In this document: one piece after another, positions 13,242 to 27,568 of the stretch
How the letters are laid out: each line of letters opens with the position of its first letter
How positions within the stretch are numbered: position 1 is the first letter of the stretch
DNA from: Octopus bimaculoides
Taxonomy: Eukaryota
Assembly: GCF_001194135.2 (NCBI RefSeq)
Contig: NC_068985.1
Span: 98,144,390 to 98,193,054 of the forward strand
Direction: 5' to 3'
Length of the DNA: 48,665 nucleotides
Translations under genes and position numbers: made by a program
Notes under the pieces: generated by a model
What the model was told of the DNA's origin: nothing
Database searches by the model: none
What the model saw: only the letters and a program-made list of their open reading frames with translations

Positions 13242-13676
13242 GTAAGCTCAAGGAATTGACAAATATTTGATTACTTCATGCATAGGTTCTATAAACAGTT
13301 TGCATTATCTGGAGATGAAGTATGGAAAAACCTTATTCCTCACCTTCTATCATCATTGTTGTTGTCGCAACTGCCACCATCATAATCTTTATTATTAATA
13401 ATAATAATACTTGTAAACTTGCAACAATTGTTTTCTAGTAAACTTAAATAGTAGTTGTTGCAAATTCAAGTGCAGTGTTTTACTTAAGACTTATTCTGAT
13501 TGATACCAAGACTAGAACCAGACAACAGATTGGCTAATATTATACAAATTGCTATATAATATAAGGTGATACAACATAACAACACCAATCTCTAAGTCAT
13601 GTAAACACAGATGCACACAACATAAAATATATAATATTATATTGTATATGTATATACATACATATACATATATATG

Positions 13677-13739
<63 letters not shown>

Positions 13740-14378
13740 GACACAATCATTCCCAATGTATTTGTCAACCCATGACTGTAAGAGAAGATACTTGCCCAAG
13801 AGGCCATGCAGTGAGAAAGAACTGGGAAATGAGTTTATGAAACACATTCTGATATGTCAGAGACAACTATGGATAGAAACGAAAACTTGTTATTCATTTG
13901 CTTCGTACCCCTAAAAACACAGCAAAAATGTAACCACAATAGCTTTACAGGTGTCAGCTTTTTGTTTCTTGTCCCCACCTACCTCTGTTCCCTTCAAGAG
14001 ACACCATCATCTCATCATAAATGGCATCCTTTAAAATAATAATAATAATAATAATTGATAAATAAATAAAGATTGATAGATGTGTTTGTTATATTGTTTT
14101 GTGTAACCTCTTAGTTTCGCATTTTTGTCTTCTGTGTTTTAATGTCATTTTTTGTTTGTGTGTGTGTATTTGTGTGTTTTTGTATCAATATTTTTGTTGC
14201 TTTTATTTTCCTCCATATACATTATAATTATTACTATTATATATTTTTTTTTTTTGCAAATGTGTTTTTCCCATTAATGTGTGTTCTGTGTGGTAACACT
14301 TGTATCGTGTTGTGTTCCAGTACAGCCTGCTGTGTTATAATGAACCAGCCTTCCTGCATGACGACACACCAGCTATAG

Positions 14379-14420
14379 TTTCAAGTGAAGCGTGACCATG
14401 TTGCTGTTGTGATCACCCAA
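14379..14420 (+). CDS. Candidate 42-nt symmetric exon (FQVKRDHVAVVITQ), with an alternative upstream acceptor at 14320 giving a stop-containing 100-nt form
   Basis: Acceptors gctatag and tgtgttccag, donor gtatgt, AATAAA at 14761. Confidence 0.35.
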
Positions 14421-14789
14421 GTATGTCTGAAAACTTGGGCATTTCCTCTGTGTCATTTCCAACCAATTTGTAGCTTTGGAATTGTCCCGTCTCTTCCTAA
14501 TAGTATCTCCTTTTATTGTTCTTCTGCTTGATTCTTCCACACATCCCCACCATTCACCTAATGTGCATCCTTCTTAGTAACTAACGGCCGACACTACTGA
14601 ACTCATATTTTTTCTGTGTTTCTTATGTTTGCCTAATAGCAATGAGAAATGGTTGATGCTAAATGTCTAGTTATCCATCTTTTATATTGATTTGTTTGGT
14701 ATTTTTTGTTTGTGTTTTGTTTTATGAAGAATAAAAAAAGCCATGGTGATGATGATGATGAATAAAGTTTGTCAGAGCAATAAAGTAGT

Positions 14790-15220
14790 GATGCCTTTTG
14801 GAAAAAATTGAAAAGAAGGGGAAAATTTTAAGAAAGTATTCCAAAGAAAACTCTTTATCCGAAGGCAGTTAGTTCTGTAGTTTGATAGATAATAACTTTA
14901 AGGATTTAATTAACCCACAACCATATCCACATAACTGTCTACTTCCTTATAAAGGGACCTCTGCAAAAAGATTGAATAATTGAGGGGTAAAGGGACAAGG
15001 GTAATGGAAGAGTCAGTTGTTAGAAGAATTCAAAGGAGAAAAATTTTTTTAGAATGGAAGAGGATGAAGAGATGTGGATGATAAATCAGTTTATATCAAT
15101 TATATTGAATTAATTATTTCAATAGCTTATAAAATAAAATTGTAATTACTTACACATAATTTAATTTGATTCAAGTAACTTTCATCACAGCATCAACCCA
15201 TTTTATTGTACCCTAGTGTA
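14790..15220 (+). mobile_element. Very decayed mariner-like DNA transposon 3' remnant (tentative)
   Basis: ccacaaccatatccacataactg.. resembles HPPYSPD coding sequence and ends in an aattac..-type terminal sequence. Similarity is weak. Confidence 0.25.
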
Positions 15221-15404
15221 TTTTGAAGCACACTCTGGAAAATGTTTTGATATTATACACATTTTTTTCTACAGTTTTTGTCTGTAACAGACTTTCGTAA
15301 TAAGTGTTTCATAACTTTTAATATTGTGTCAATTTGCTTCCTGTTTGCTAATCTGATAATGTGACATGCTACCAACAAATCTTACCTACATATTCTCTCT
15401 CCCT

Positions 15405-15430
15405 CCCCATACTCTCTCTCTCTCTCTCTC

Positions 15431-15461
<31 letters not shown>

Positions 15462-15528
15462 NNNNNNNNNNNNNNNNNNNNNNNNNNNNNNNNNNNNNNN
15501 NNNNNNNNNNNNNNNNNNNNNNNNNNNN

Positions 15529-15576
<48 letters not shown>

Positions 15577-15625
15577 TCGTCTCTCTCACACTCTCTCCCT
15601 TCGTCTCTCTCACACTCCTTTCCTT
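15405..15625. repeat. (CT)n microsatellite with assembly gap
   Basis: Direct inspection. Confidence 0.95.
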
Positions 15626-16904
15626 TCTTTCTCTCTCCTGTTATGTAAAAATCTAAAACTCAGAAATATTAAGAGAATCTTAAGAATTTAGAATATGTTG
15701 TTTTTGAAAGCATGGAGGGAGTGTGTAAGTTATATGTAGCAGAATATGGTGTATATTCTTCAGACTGGAAGAAATTTCAGTTTTGGCACTGCATTAAATC
15801 AACCATAAAACCTTCCTGCCAATTGCTAAGTAGCTCAAGAATATATCCCCAAAAATATTCTTGCCTTTCCCATTTATTATACCACCAAGTAATTGGGGTT
15901 TAATCCAAGTCAGTGGTGGAATGCAAATTCTTGAAAACTTCAGCAAGAAATATCATCATGAACAGCAAGCCATTGTCATGTCATAACATTTCAATATTTG
16001 ATCATTATTGGTACTTCTCATTATTTTATTCAAAAAACTTTCTCTGAAATTGAAAGTAAGCGCTGCAATATGGTCAACGTCTAAGTGTTTGTGATGAATG
16101 GTTTATAAGTTGGTATTTTTGTGGAATATTAAACTCCTCTTTTGAGATGAAAATGGTTTTTACCATTTTTATCACTGCTATGTTTCTATTTGTTTGATCT
16201 TTGATCATCATCATGTGTCTTATTCTTAGGTTGTACATAGTACATAACTAGTTTAGAATTGGAAATCCTTCTTTCTAAACTACAGAGTAATGACTATTTT
16301 TATTGAATTAGCAATTGTCCTATTTGTAACCATTGTTATAATTTTTGGTTACTTATAATTACCTTTCATTAACGGCAACCAATATTGATTCAATACCAAC
16401 ACTGAACAGGTTTATTAACAAGTATTATTACTTGTTCCATTTATGATAGGAATTTTATATTTATCAACAGTCTGCAATTAATGCTAGAATAATGTTTCTG
16501 AATTGCTATTAAAATACTCCTTATTCTATCTCAGACCTGTTAACTTAAATTTGCTAACAGTGTAGACTCTACACCAATTAAATTCCTATATACCTCATTG
16601 TTAATGTTACAGTGAGGATTTTTCATGTTTTCTCAGTCTACCCATTCCTTTTTCATCATTGAGTCATGCTTGACTGGTCCAGTCATATTGATACATGTGG
16701 AATAACATTAATAACACTTAGTGGTGGCCCTAAATAAGATGTCCTTCATATTAGTAATAACAGTGATATCAATAGTTTTAATAAGTTGTCCTATTAAAAA
16801 CATTTGGTGATTTATTGTTTATCCTCAAGTAAGCTGTGCTCTACCAAATCTATAAGACAATCCAGACATGCACATCCTGTCTTTGTATCTGTTAGTGTCT
16901 ACAT

Positions 16905-17047
16905 TACCTAGGGCATCCAGCTGTAGAAACTCTGCCAAATCAGATTGGAGCCTGGTGTAGCCATCTGGTTTCACCAGTCCTCAGTCAAATCGTCCAACCC
17001 ATGCTAGCATGGAAAGCGGACGTTAAACAACGACGATGATGATGATG
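16905..17047 (+). mobile_element. RTE-tail-type repeat, family C
   Basis: gggcatccagctgtagaaactctgccaaatcagattggagcctgg...gcatggaaagcggacgttaaac..(gat)n. Confidence 0.85.
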
Positions 17048-17744
17048 AACTTTCCTTATTTAAGGTGGTAGGGTGTGATTTAAGACAGGTCATGCGATTA
17101 CATTGCAGCTTCCCATTTGGTTTGTTTTTTGAAGCATAGACTTACTTTGTAGTTATTCAGTCAGTTTCAAATATGACTTTTTTTTAGAAACTTTATTTTT
17201 GACTCCTTGTTATATTTAAATACCATTTCACAATAGTCTAACACTTATTTCTACAACTTTGGCAGACTAAATTATACCTTCAGAAAATTTTTTTACAGTT
17301 ATTATCCATTTGAAATTGTAGTTACAACTTCTGAAGCCAACTCTGCATAAACATTTTGCTATAAATACTTCAGACTTTTTACTGTGCCCAGTTTTGTGTG
17401 AAATTACACCATACTTCTGTGAACAATATCCATTATAGCTACTTCTATGTTATTTACACAACATGGCTGAGTGAATAAGACTCTGGATTGTCAGGGATCC
17501 TGTTGTAAGTTTATAGTCTTATTGAATTGAACACATAATTCTTTATGGCTTATGTTCATCTTAAAATGAAAAGCAGTTGTCCTATTTTGGGGGGAAAGTT
17601 ATAGACAGTGATAGACTAGCAGCCTGTTCAAGAGAAGTTTTATCTCTCACTTGCCAAGTGTTATATTCAATTTTGGTTCTTGCAATATGGAAAAAGTATG
17701 ACATATTTTCTTACCATTCTTTCAATTATACTTTCTTAATACTG

Positions 17745-18012
17745 CTTCAAACATTGCAAAGATCTTCCTACACACTGAGAATATCTTCCCCATACAATGC
17801 TAAGATTTTTATCAGACACTGAAAACATCTTCTCCAGCCACAGATAAAAAATCTTCCCCAAACATCGTACAGACTTTCTCCAGACACTGTACAAGTTTCT
17901 TCAGACATTATATAGGTATTCTCCGGAACTATAGATCTTCTCTAGAAATTGAAAAGATCCTTTCTCGATACTGGAAAGATCTTCCTCACCAGACACTGCA
18001 AAAATCACCTTC
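17745..18012. repeat. Degenerate ~21-22-bp tandem array (about 12 units, consensus ~CCAGACACTGnAAAGATCTTCT)
   Basis: Recurrent cagacactg / aagatcttc motifs at 21-22-bp spacing. Confidence 0.65.
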
Positions 18013-19252
18013 ACTGCTGCAGAGATTTTCTCTAACCAAAGCTGATTCTTCAACTTCTCTTTCATCTTTTTGGCTAAATACATCACAAAACCAGGCCTTT
18101 GTCACTGAAATGATTAGAAGATCTTTAAGTTCTTCCAGTTAGTCTTTCAGGAATCTTGTCGCTCAGTTTTTAGTATATCTGCATTCCTAATCAGATTTCT
18201 TCCTTTCCACTTTCTAGTTTTAGTTTTTATTTTTCTCTACTTATTCTTTATTAAAACAAGATTTTTTTTCATACGGGTTGGTATTCTAATTGCATCTGCC
18301 TATAAATTATATTGTTAGGGATCTGGAATGTGGGATAAGGATAAAGAAAGTGTGAAAGATAATGTTTGTTAAATTGAATTTTTTCAATTCCTCATCCTCC
18401 ATGAATGTTCACCAACAGTCCACCACCACCACCACCACCACCACACCACCATATTTGTAGTAATGACTTTATCAGCTTTATATGTGAATGTGTGTATCTA
18501 TCTGTCAGTCTATTTATATATCAAAAATTATGACAAGCACAAGTTTTTATAACTAGTTCCCCATGTACCTTTCACTGTTGTGATTGTTTAAAACCACTTC
18601 ATTGGATGTTCCAAGTGCAGTTGGATGCTTAACCACAAATGGATCTTCAGGGAAACACTTTATTACATTATGTTATAAAGATCAATTATTTATATATCAA
18701 TGTCTCTCTTTCTCCCTCTTTCTTCCACCCCCTCCCTTCTCTCCCCTTTTATATATATATTCACTACATGTATTGTGTACGCTTTGCTCACATTTCTTAT
18801 AACAACATTTTATAATTTTTATATTTTAAATGTCATTGTATATAAATAAATAAAATATGCTGCTGGAACATTTATGCTATATTTCAACAAAAGTCATTAA
18901 GTCTTATGTATCAAAATGACCCATCTTTTGAGAGAAGATTGTAATATTTGTTGTTAGCAATTTTCAGTTACTGTGTGTTGGCTGTTTTAACGTGAAATTG
19001 TATTTTTTTAATTTTTTTTTTTTCGTTAAATTAAAAACTTGAACTACAAACTAAATATTCTTTAGTAGCTTTTCTTTTGTTTTATTGCTATTTCTTTATT
19101 TTTTCAAATTTTTTTTTTTTACTAAACTTTTATTATTATTTTTTATTTAGTTTGTGATCATTATTGTTAATTTCTATAATTTCTATATCTAATTTCTCCC
19201 ACCCCTGTCTGCTAAAGTATAGCATCTCCTTTTTCTTTCTTCTGCTTTTCAG

Positions 19253-19391
19253 TATGCCGATTGGTTCCTCCGTGAACGCTTTTCTGCGGCCAACAAGCTT
19301 GGCTGATCTTTTCACTGTCCATACGTTGGCATATTGCTTACAGGCTGTGCCACAGTGTGAGAGCCTGTCTATCGAGCTGGCCTCCTGGATG
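19253..19391 (+). CDS. Candidate exon: phase 0 reads YADWFLRERFSAANKLG* (stop 19306); phase 2 is open to the donor at 19392; inner acceptor at 19343 gives 48 nt AVPQCESLSIELASWM
   Basis: Very strong polypyrimidine acceptor tttttctttcttctgcttttcag, GC/CpG-rich island, donor gttagc. Confidence 0.5.
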
Positions 19392-19439
19392 GTTAGCTTG
19401 CTTGCCTTTGTTTGACCCCCTGTATGAACACACCTTTGC

Positions 19440-19605
19440 ATGACTTCAGGGTTTCTCTATCAGTTTGCCTATACATACTTATATACATACATTCATACAC
19501 ATACACACACATGCGCAAATGTGTGTGTGTGCATGTATATATATATGTACATACACACATACACACACAAATATACATACAAATACAAAAGCAGTCTTCC
19601 TAACA

Positions 19606-19641
<36 letters not shown>

Positions 19642-19750
19642 TGCACTTATATACATACATTTACAAATACTTATTTCTGTGTATATATGCATGTATGTTC
19701 TCTCTTGCTCTCTTTCTCTTTCTCTCTATATATATATATGTGTGTATACA

Positions 19751-19836
<86 letters not shown>

Positions 19837-20255
19837 TATATATAGCAGTTCAGTAAAAGAGACCGGTAGAATAAGTACTAGGCTTATAAAGAATAAGTCC
19901 TAGGGTCGATTTGCTTGACTAAAGGCAGTGCTCCAGCATGGCTGCAGTCAAATGACTGAAAGAAATAAAAAAAAAAAGAAAGATATATATATATATATAT
20001 GTATATATGTGTGTGTATATATACACAAACAATCACAATAACAGTCTTCCCAACACTTACATATGCATATATATTTGTATCTATGCAGAAATGTATGTGT
20101 ATGTATATATAAATTTATATATACACGAGTGTGTGTGTGTGTGTGTGTGTATATATAAATATATATATATATATATGTATAAAATGGCTCTCACCTCATT
20201 CTTGTATGTGTGGCTTTGTAACTGCATGTATGCGTATGTGTGTGTGTGTGTGTAT
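19440..20255. repeat. Compound (AT)n/(GT)n/(CA)n microsatellite field containing a SINE A 3' fragment (19843-19975, +)
   Basis: Direct inspection. The fragment matches the family A tail. Confidence 0.9.
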
Positions 20256-22052
20256 CCTTTTCTGTTTTTGTTTTGTTTCGTTTTTTTGTAATTTTCCCTG
20301 TTCTATAATCTTTTCTTTATTGCTCTTTTCCTCTAATTTTTCCCATTTCACTCTTGTCTCCTTTGTGCATGTGCACTAGTAAATCCAGTTCAGCATGATT
20401 TTGTCCCAACCTTAACAGTTATACATAGCTATGTATATGCATACAGACATATAATCACAATTAAACATACATGCATACAAATATATATAAAATATAAATA
20501 TCTATGAAAACACACATTTACAATTTATTTTTAGAATCTTTGTTCATACTATATAGTTCCTGCCCCTGTTACCTGTAATTAAAATAAATATAATTACCTC
20601 ACCTGTCTTGTCTTAAAATGTACCCATTTCTGCTACTATATTGCTCATCTGATTTTAAAATTTCACAATCCCATTTTTTGGTCCTCACACAATCATTCCA
20701 AACTATTTTACATGTTCTGTTTCCCTTTTTCTACAAAATTTCTGGGGTTTAAAATTCAAAGATTTGTTAAAAGAACAGTCCATTTATATCAAATAAATTG
20801 TTACATGCATTTTTATAGTGAACAGCAAGATTCAAAGTGTGACTTACATATTCGCTCTTAATGTTTCGGCTGATTTGAACTTGTGTATCTTAATTGCTGT
20901 TGTGTTTCATCACAGGATAACAGCTTCCACTAATGAATTGTGTTATGAACACATACTTATCATAAAGAAGCCTGTTCTGTGTTCAAACACAATAGTGATT
21001 TGTGTATTCATGTTTGAATCTGCTGGAATATATTATGAATAAATTATGCAAGCCATTACCATTTATAATTCATTTTCTAAAGTTAAAATACTCAGGAGTT
21101 TAATTATTAATCACAATTATAGGTTAAAACGTCTCTCTTGTGCATACCCACACAAAAGGCATTTATTTATATGTAATTCTTATGTTTGTGTGCTTGAGAC
21201 TGGGATTTTTGGCTCAATATAACTCAAATGTAAAATAATAGACAATTACCATTACTAGAGAAATATTGGACTTTTAAGTGGAATCTTAAAAAATTCCTCA
21301 ACTGTTTGTGATATTTAAATCACATGTTGATATTTTTAAAGTTTATTAAATATTTTATACTTTAAAGTTCTCATATAGTTTGGTCAAATTTACAGTTGTT
21401 AATTAAATTTATAATTAGAACCAGATGGGCCATTCATTATCAGGGCTATAATTGGAAGGAAATGACTTAAGATTGATATTTTCAAAAAACTACTTAATAT
21501 ATTATATAATAAAAAGGCTTTGTTCAGCCTCTGTTACTTAATTATGTTTGTTTTAAAACATTCAAATTAGCTGCTTCAACTGTTTAATATTTTGATTTCA
21601 TTTTCTTACAAGTCATTTTTAGTTTCTATTTAATTAACAGCATTTGATCTATGGCTCTCAGCTTATGTGAATTGTGACACGCTTTTAGTTCTTGATTAAA
21701 GCCAAAATATTTTACACTGCTAATGCTATTGGAAAGGCTGAAGCTTCTCAAATATTCATTTCTACTCCAAAAATAACTAGCCCTTGTGCCTAAAGAAACC
21801 AACAGATTGGAGAAACATGTAAATATCTCATTGATCTCAAAAGCTAAAACTATTTTTATTCTCCCTCTCCATATATGTGAGTATGTGTATCTACATATAT
21901 ATACATACACATATATATATATGTAAATAAACAAGTATGTATATATATATACATACATGCAAACATGTACAAATATATATGCTCTTGGAAATTAGCATTA
22001 AGTAGAACAATTAGTTTCCCAAAAGAAGTAGTTATAAAGTCATACCTTAAGA

Positions 22053-22226
22053 TAGGAGAGTATTGTAGTTCGCTTGAAGCATTGTGTATTGTTTGTAAAG
22101 AATAAAAAATTTAGAATGGTAAAACAATGCACTATAAAACAAAAAATGGACTATATATCTGTTGTAATTTGGTTATCTGATATTTCGGAATTACAATTCT
22201 TTCTTCAGATATTCTTAGATGGAGTC
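22053..22226 (-). mobile_element. Penelope-like terminal repeat with degenerate hammerhead motif, copy 2
   Basis: Same element. Stem II is mutated (aagaattgtaattcc) and stem I is poor. Confidence 0.6.
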
Positions 22227-22909
22227 TCTGCTATAAACTGTTTTCCAACGGTTTTCTTTTTTTCATAAGAATTATTTACCAACTTCACTGCATTTCTTAG
22301 AATATATCACTCTCAGATAAGACAGATTATCACATTAGGTCAAACTAAGATCCAATTATAATGGCTCTCTGTTTTATTTGGGGGATGAAGGATAGTAATA
22401 CCATGACTGCATATTTAACTGTAGAAGGACCACCTTTACAACTTATATGCATATATTTTTTTATATTCCATTTCATATATATATATTGCTAGGCAACAAT
22501 CTGGTGAAGAAGAAGGACTCAAATGAATATAGAGTACAGTAGCTCATATAAGCCAGTCGAATTACCTTTTAGCCTGGAGTTTCCATTGCATACAGTTGCT
22601 TCATTAGACCTTCAGCTCTGAAGAACTGGTTTAAGTAATCTGTCTGTCTGTCTGTCTCTTTTTTTCTAAGTACTTAGATCCAGTATCTTTTGAAGTGCCA
22701 CTTTCACTATTTTAGGTGTCTACATACATGCAAGCTGACATAGACACCTGCCCCTCTTGGCACTCATACCCTTGAGTCAGTAGAATTTTATGATGTAACA
22801 GCTAGAGGGATTGTAGGAGGGAGGGCTGCACCATTGACTGGTGCAACATGAAATGAATTGAACTTATGATTGTGAGCTCAGCAGTTTAACCATGAGGCCA
22901 CATATCTCC

Positions 22910-22910
22910 A

Positions 22911-22958
<48 letters not shown>

Positions 22959-23718
22959 NNNNNNNNNNNNNNNNNNNNNNNNNNNNNNNNNNNNNNNNNN
23001 NNNNNNNNNNNNNNNNNNNNNNNNNNNNNNNNNNNNNNNNNNNNNNNNNNNNNNNNNNNNNNNNNNNNNNNNNNNNNNNNNNNNNNNNNNNNNNNNNNNN
23101 NNNNNNNNNNNNNNNNNNNNNNNNNNNNNNNNNNNNNNNNNNNNNNNNNNNNNNNNNNNNNNNNNNNNNNNNNNNNNNNNNNNNNNNNNNNNNNNNNNNN
23201 NNNNNNNNNNNNNNNNNNNNNNNNNNNNNNNNNNNNNNNNNNNNNNNNNNNNNNNNNNNNNNNNNNNNNNNNNNNNNNNNNNNNNNNNNNNNNNNNNNNN
23301 NNNNNNNNNNNNNNNNNNNNNNNNNNNNNNNNNNNNNNNNNNNNNNNNNNNNNNNNNNNNNNNNNNNNNNNNNNNNNNNNNNNNNNNNNNNNNNNNNNNN
23401 NNNNNNNNNNNNNNNNNNNNNNNNNNNNNNNNNNNNNNNNNNNNNNNNNNNNNNNNNNNNNNNNNNNNNNNNNNNNNNNNNNNNNNNNNNNNNNNNNNNN
23501 NNNNNNNNNNNNNNNNNNNNNNNNNNNNNNNNNNNNNNNNNNNNNNNNNNNNNNNNNNNNNNNNNNNNNNNNNNNNNNNNNNNNNNNNNNNNNNNNNNNN
23601 NNNNNNNNNNNNNNNNNNNNNNNNNNNNNNNNNNNNNNNNNNNNNNNNNNNNNNNNNNNNNNNNNNNNNNNNNNNNNNNNNNNNNNNNNNNNNNNNNNNN
23701 NNNNNNNNNNNNNNNNNN

Positions 23719-23752
<34 letters not shown>
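22910..23752. other. Largest assembly gap (~760 N) inside an (AT)n tract; other gaps at ~590, 5700, 12626, 15462, 25204, 27340, 31893, 40467 and 47340
   Basis: N runs, mostly flanked by simple repeats. Confidence 0.98.
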
Positions 23753-23760
<8 letters not shown>

Positions 23761-24600
23761 GAATATTTATAATAGCTTTTGTAATGTGTCTGTAGTTACA
23801 CACACACACGTATGCACATATACACATATATTTGCATGCATACACACATGCATATACAACTGTGTTATATATTAATTCAATGATAATTTTTTCATGACCT
23901 CCAACCTCTCTCCTCTGAACTTATGAACCATATTTGAAATTTATGTAAAATGAAAATGAAAATAAAGCAATACTCAAATACTCCTTAATTTGAATCTGTT
24001 TTAGCTTTTTTTTAAAAACTTTTTTATTCATTTAAAAAAAAAATTTACTTTTATTGTTGCACCTAGTTTCATGTTTTATTTGTTTACATTTGCACCTTTC
24101 CTTATGTTGTTTGTTAATTTTTTTCTTTGGTTGTTTTCTGTTAACACACTCCCACAACTTATACACACTCTCCTTGCACCTACCTATCCCCACTAGAGGG
24201 CCTTATTGTTGTATAATTGGCTGGGATAGGTCTTAGTTAATATCTTTAGAAAAATGAATAAATAAAAATAAATAAATTAAATTAAATAAAAAAAACGGTC
24301 TATCCTTAATAAAAATACAAATATACATTTATATACTTAAAAACAAAATTAATGAAAAATAAAATAAAAGACAATACTATTCACATTAGAATATAAATTT
24401 AAGACCAGTTCAAACATACTTGGGAAATAATTGTACCTGTAAAGGTTTTTCAACTGTGTTTGCTGTAGAGAAAAAAATCCATGACAACATGCATTGAAAA
24501 GTTGTTACAAGTTCAAATCTCTCTCAAACATATTTGAACTGATCTTAAATTTAGATTCTTTCCATTATTGCTTTGCGCACCTTCTCATAAATTCTCGTTA

Positions 24601-24936
<336 letters not shown>

Positions 24937-24954
24937 TCAAAGCCCTCAAAGTAC

Positions 24955-24957
<3 letters not shown>

Positions 24958-24987
<30 letters not shown>

Positions 24988-24998
24988 CATCATTATTA

Positions 24999-25040
<42 letters not shown>
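24958..25040. repeat. (ATT)n microsatellite
   Basis: Direct inspection. Confidence 0.95.
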
Positions 25041-25041
<1 letters not shown>

Positions 25042-26334
25042 CTACTTTTGAAACATTCTGCTGAATGAAAAAGAAATTTGTAAAAAATGGGTGTAAAGAG
25101 AAAAGAATGTTTTTTTATTCAACTTTTTAACTTCTTTTAGTAATATTTTATTTTATTTTCTCTTTTTTTTTCTTTCTTCAATTAATATTAATTAATTTTT
25201 TTANNNNNNNNNNNNNNNNNNNNNNNNNNNNNNNNNNNNNNNNNNNNNNNNNNNNNNNNNNNNNNNNNNNNNNNNNNNNNNNNNNNNNNNNNNNNNNNNN
25301 NNNNNNNNNNNNNNNNNNNNNNNNNNNNNNNNNNNNNNNNNNNNNNNNNNNNNNNNNNNNNNNNNNNNNNNNNNNNNNNNNNNNNNNNNNNNNNNNNNNN
25401 NNNNNNNNNNNNNNNNNNNNNNNNNNNNNNNNNNNNNNNNNNNNNNNNNNNNNNNNNNNNNNNNNNNNNNNNNNNNNNNNNNNNNNNNNNNNNNNNNNNN
25501 NNNNNNNNNNNNNNNNNNNNNNNNNNNNNNNNNNNNNNNNNNNNNNNNNNNNNNNNNNNNNNNNNNNNNNNNNNNNNNNNAAAAAGGCAAAAATTATGAA
25601 AATCAAATAAAAACCATTTCATTTTGGTAGATTAGAATATGATAATTTTGTTTATAAAAGTGGTCGAGTGTTTTTTTGTTTTTGTTGTTTTTTTTTAAAT
25701 TCTTTAAAACTATCTTGTTATTTGCAACGACATGGTGTCCAAGAAAGGGTCAATATATATATATATATATATATATGTGTGTATATATATATATATATAT
25801 AAATATATATATATAAATTAAGAAATGTCTATTCATCTCCTCGCATTGTCTATACTATCTAATATATACACACACATATATATGTGTATATGTGTATATA
25901 TACTCAAGGCTTTTCTGTATGCTTAAAGAATGGCATGGCTATATCTGTATTTATATATATCGATTGGATGGATGCTTATATATTGAATGAGTATGCTGTG
26001 CATGCAACTTTCTTTCCATGAATTGTTCGAGTCCAATACATATTTACTTTTATTTTCTTTATATATGTCTTGGTATTGCTAGTGCAAACATATATATGTA
26101 TGTGTATATATGTATGTATGTTTATATGTAAAGAGGAATTACAATCCTGTTAATTCCTTTTTTCTACATCTTGAATATAAAAAAAAAAAAACCCTGCTAA
26201 TCCAAGAATTGCCATGGTTTTATGCGTGTCTGTTTAAAAAAATAAACTGCTCTTCATTTATAGACGAACATAGTTATAAAGAAAAACATTTTTTTATGTC
26301 TGTGCGATGTATACATACATACATTCATACATAC

Positions 26335-26380
<46 letters not shown>

Positions 26381-26615
26381 TTATGTATGTATGTATGTAT
26401 ATATAACATGTGTATGGATGTATGGAATTATTTCTTCTTCATTTTCCATTATCTCCCAATCTTTCATTTATTTCCTTTTGTCTCTGCATTCAACTCTTTC
26501 TCTAAATTTCTCTCTTTTTCTGTCTGTCTGTCTGTCTGAACATCTCTCTGTCTCTGTCTCTCTCTCTCTCACTCTCTCTTTCTCTCTCAATCCATTCCAT
26601 TCCATTCTATTTCAG

Positions 26616-26639
26616 CATGGAAAAGGATTCTTGGCCTAA
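26616..26639 (+). CDS. Candidate alternative terminal exon start (HGKGFLA* in phase 0)
   Basis: Long pyrimidine tract plus ctatttcag acceptor, followed by ~150 bp of GC-richer unique sequence. Frame uncertain. Confidence 0.25.
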   Translation, partial: HGKGFLA

Positions 26640-27104
26640 CGTCTTGTCTTCTATGATGCTTGTCTCTCTCAAGTTCTTTGGCTGAAGAATTATCTGCTGA
26701 ATTCTGCTTCCATTTTCCACTCAACATGGCAGCAATGACGGCAGTCTCAGCAACAGATACTCACAAACCCATCCCACTCATCATATTTTCTGCTTAATTT
26801 CAAAGTTTCGATTTTTTTCATCTAGTAGAAATTTCCATTTGACAAATACATAGATTTGTGTATGTGTGAATGTTAGTGTGAGAGTGTGTGATTCAATTGT
26901 TCTATATATTTCATTTAAATAAAAAAAATCATAAAAATGAAACAAATAAACTTAACATCTCATTCCATCCTTCAGCTCATTATTCAGCATATTAATTTTA
27001 TATTCGTTGTTCTGAAGTTTTATATAAAATAGATTTAAGAAAGAAAAAAAGCAGATTCAACTGGAAAGCATGTTTGTCTGTGTACCAGAATAAATTTGTT
27101 TCTA

Positions 27105-27302
27105 TATATATTCATATAAGTATATATACAAACGCATGCAGACACACATACACATTCTCATTCTTACTCTCTCTCTCTCACACATACACACATACATACA
27201 TACATATACACACATGCAGGCATACATACATATACATACATACATGTGTACATATATGTGCATATACGTATATACATATGTATGTATATGTGTCTGGGTA
27301 TA

Positions 27303-27339
<37 letters not shown>

Positions 27340-27523
27340 NNNNNNNNNNNNNNNNNNNNNNNNNNNNNNNNNNNNNNNNNNNNNNNNNNNNNNNNNNNNN
27401 NNNNNNNNNNNNNNNNNNNNNNNNNNNNNNNNNNNNNNNNNNNNNNNNNNNNNNNNNNNNNNNNNNNNNNNNNNNNNNNNNNNNNNNNNNNNNNNNNNNN
27501 NNNNNNNNNNNNNNNNNNNNNNN

Positions 27524-27566
<43 letters not shown>
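27105..27566. repeat. Compound CA/TA microsatellite with assembly gap
   Basis: Direct inspection. Confidence 0.9.

Positions 27567-27568
<2 letters not shown>

Noticed and set aside
17745-18012. Array as a CRISPR-like repeat-spacer locus
   Set aside because: Units are degenerate and adjacent with no unique spacers, the context is eukaryotic, and there are no cas genes.
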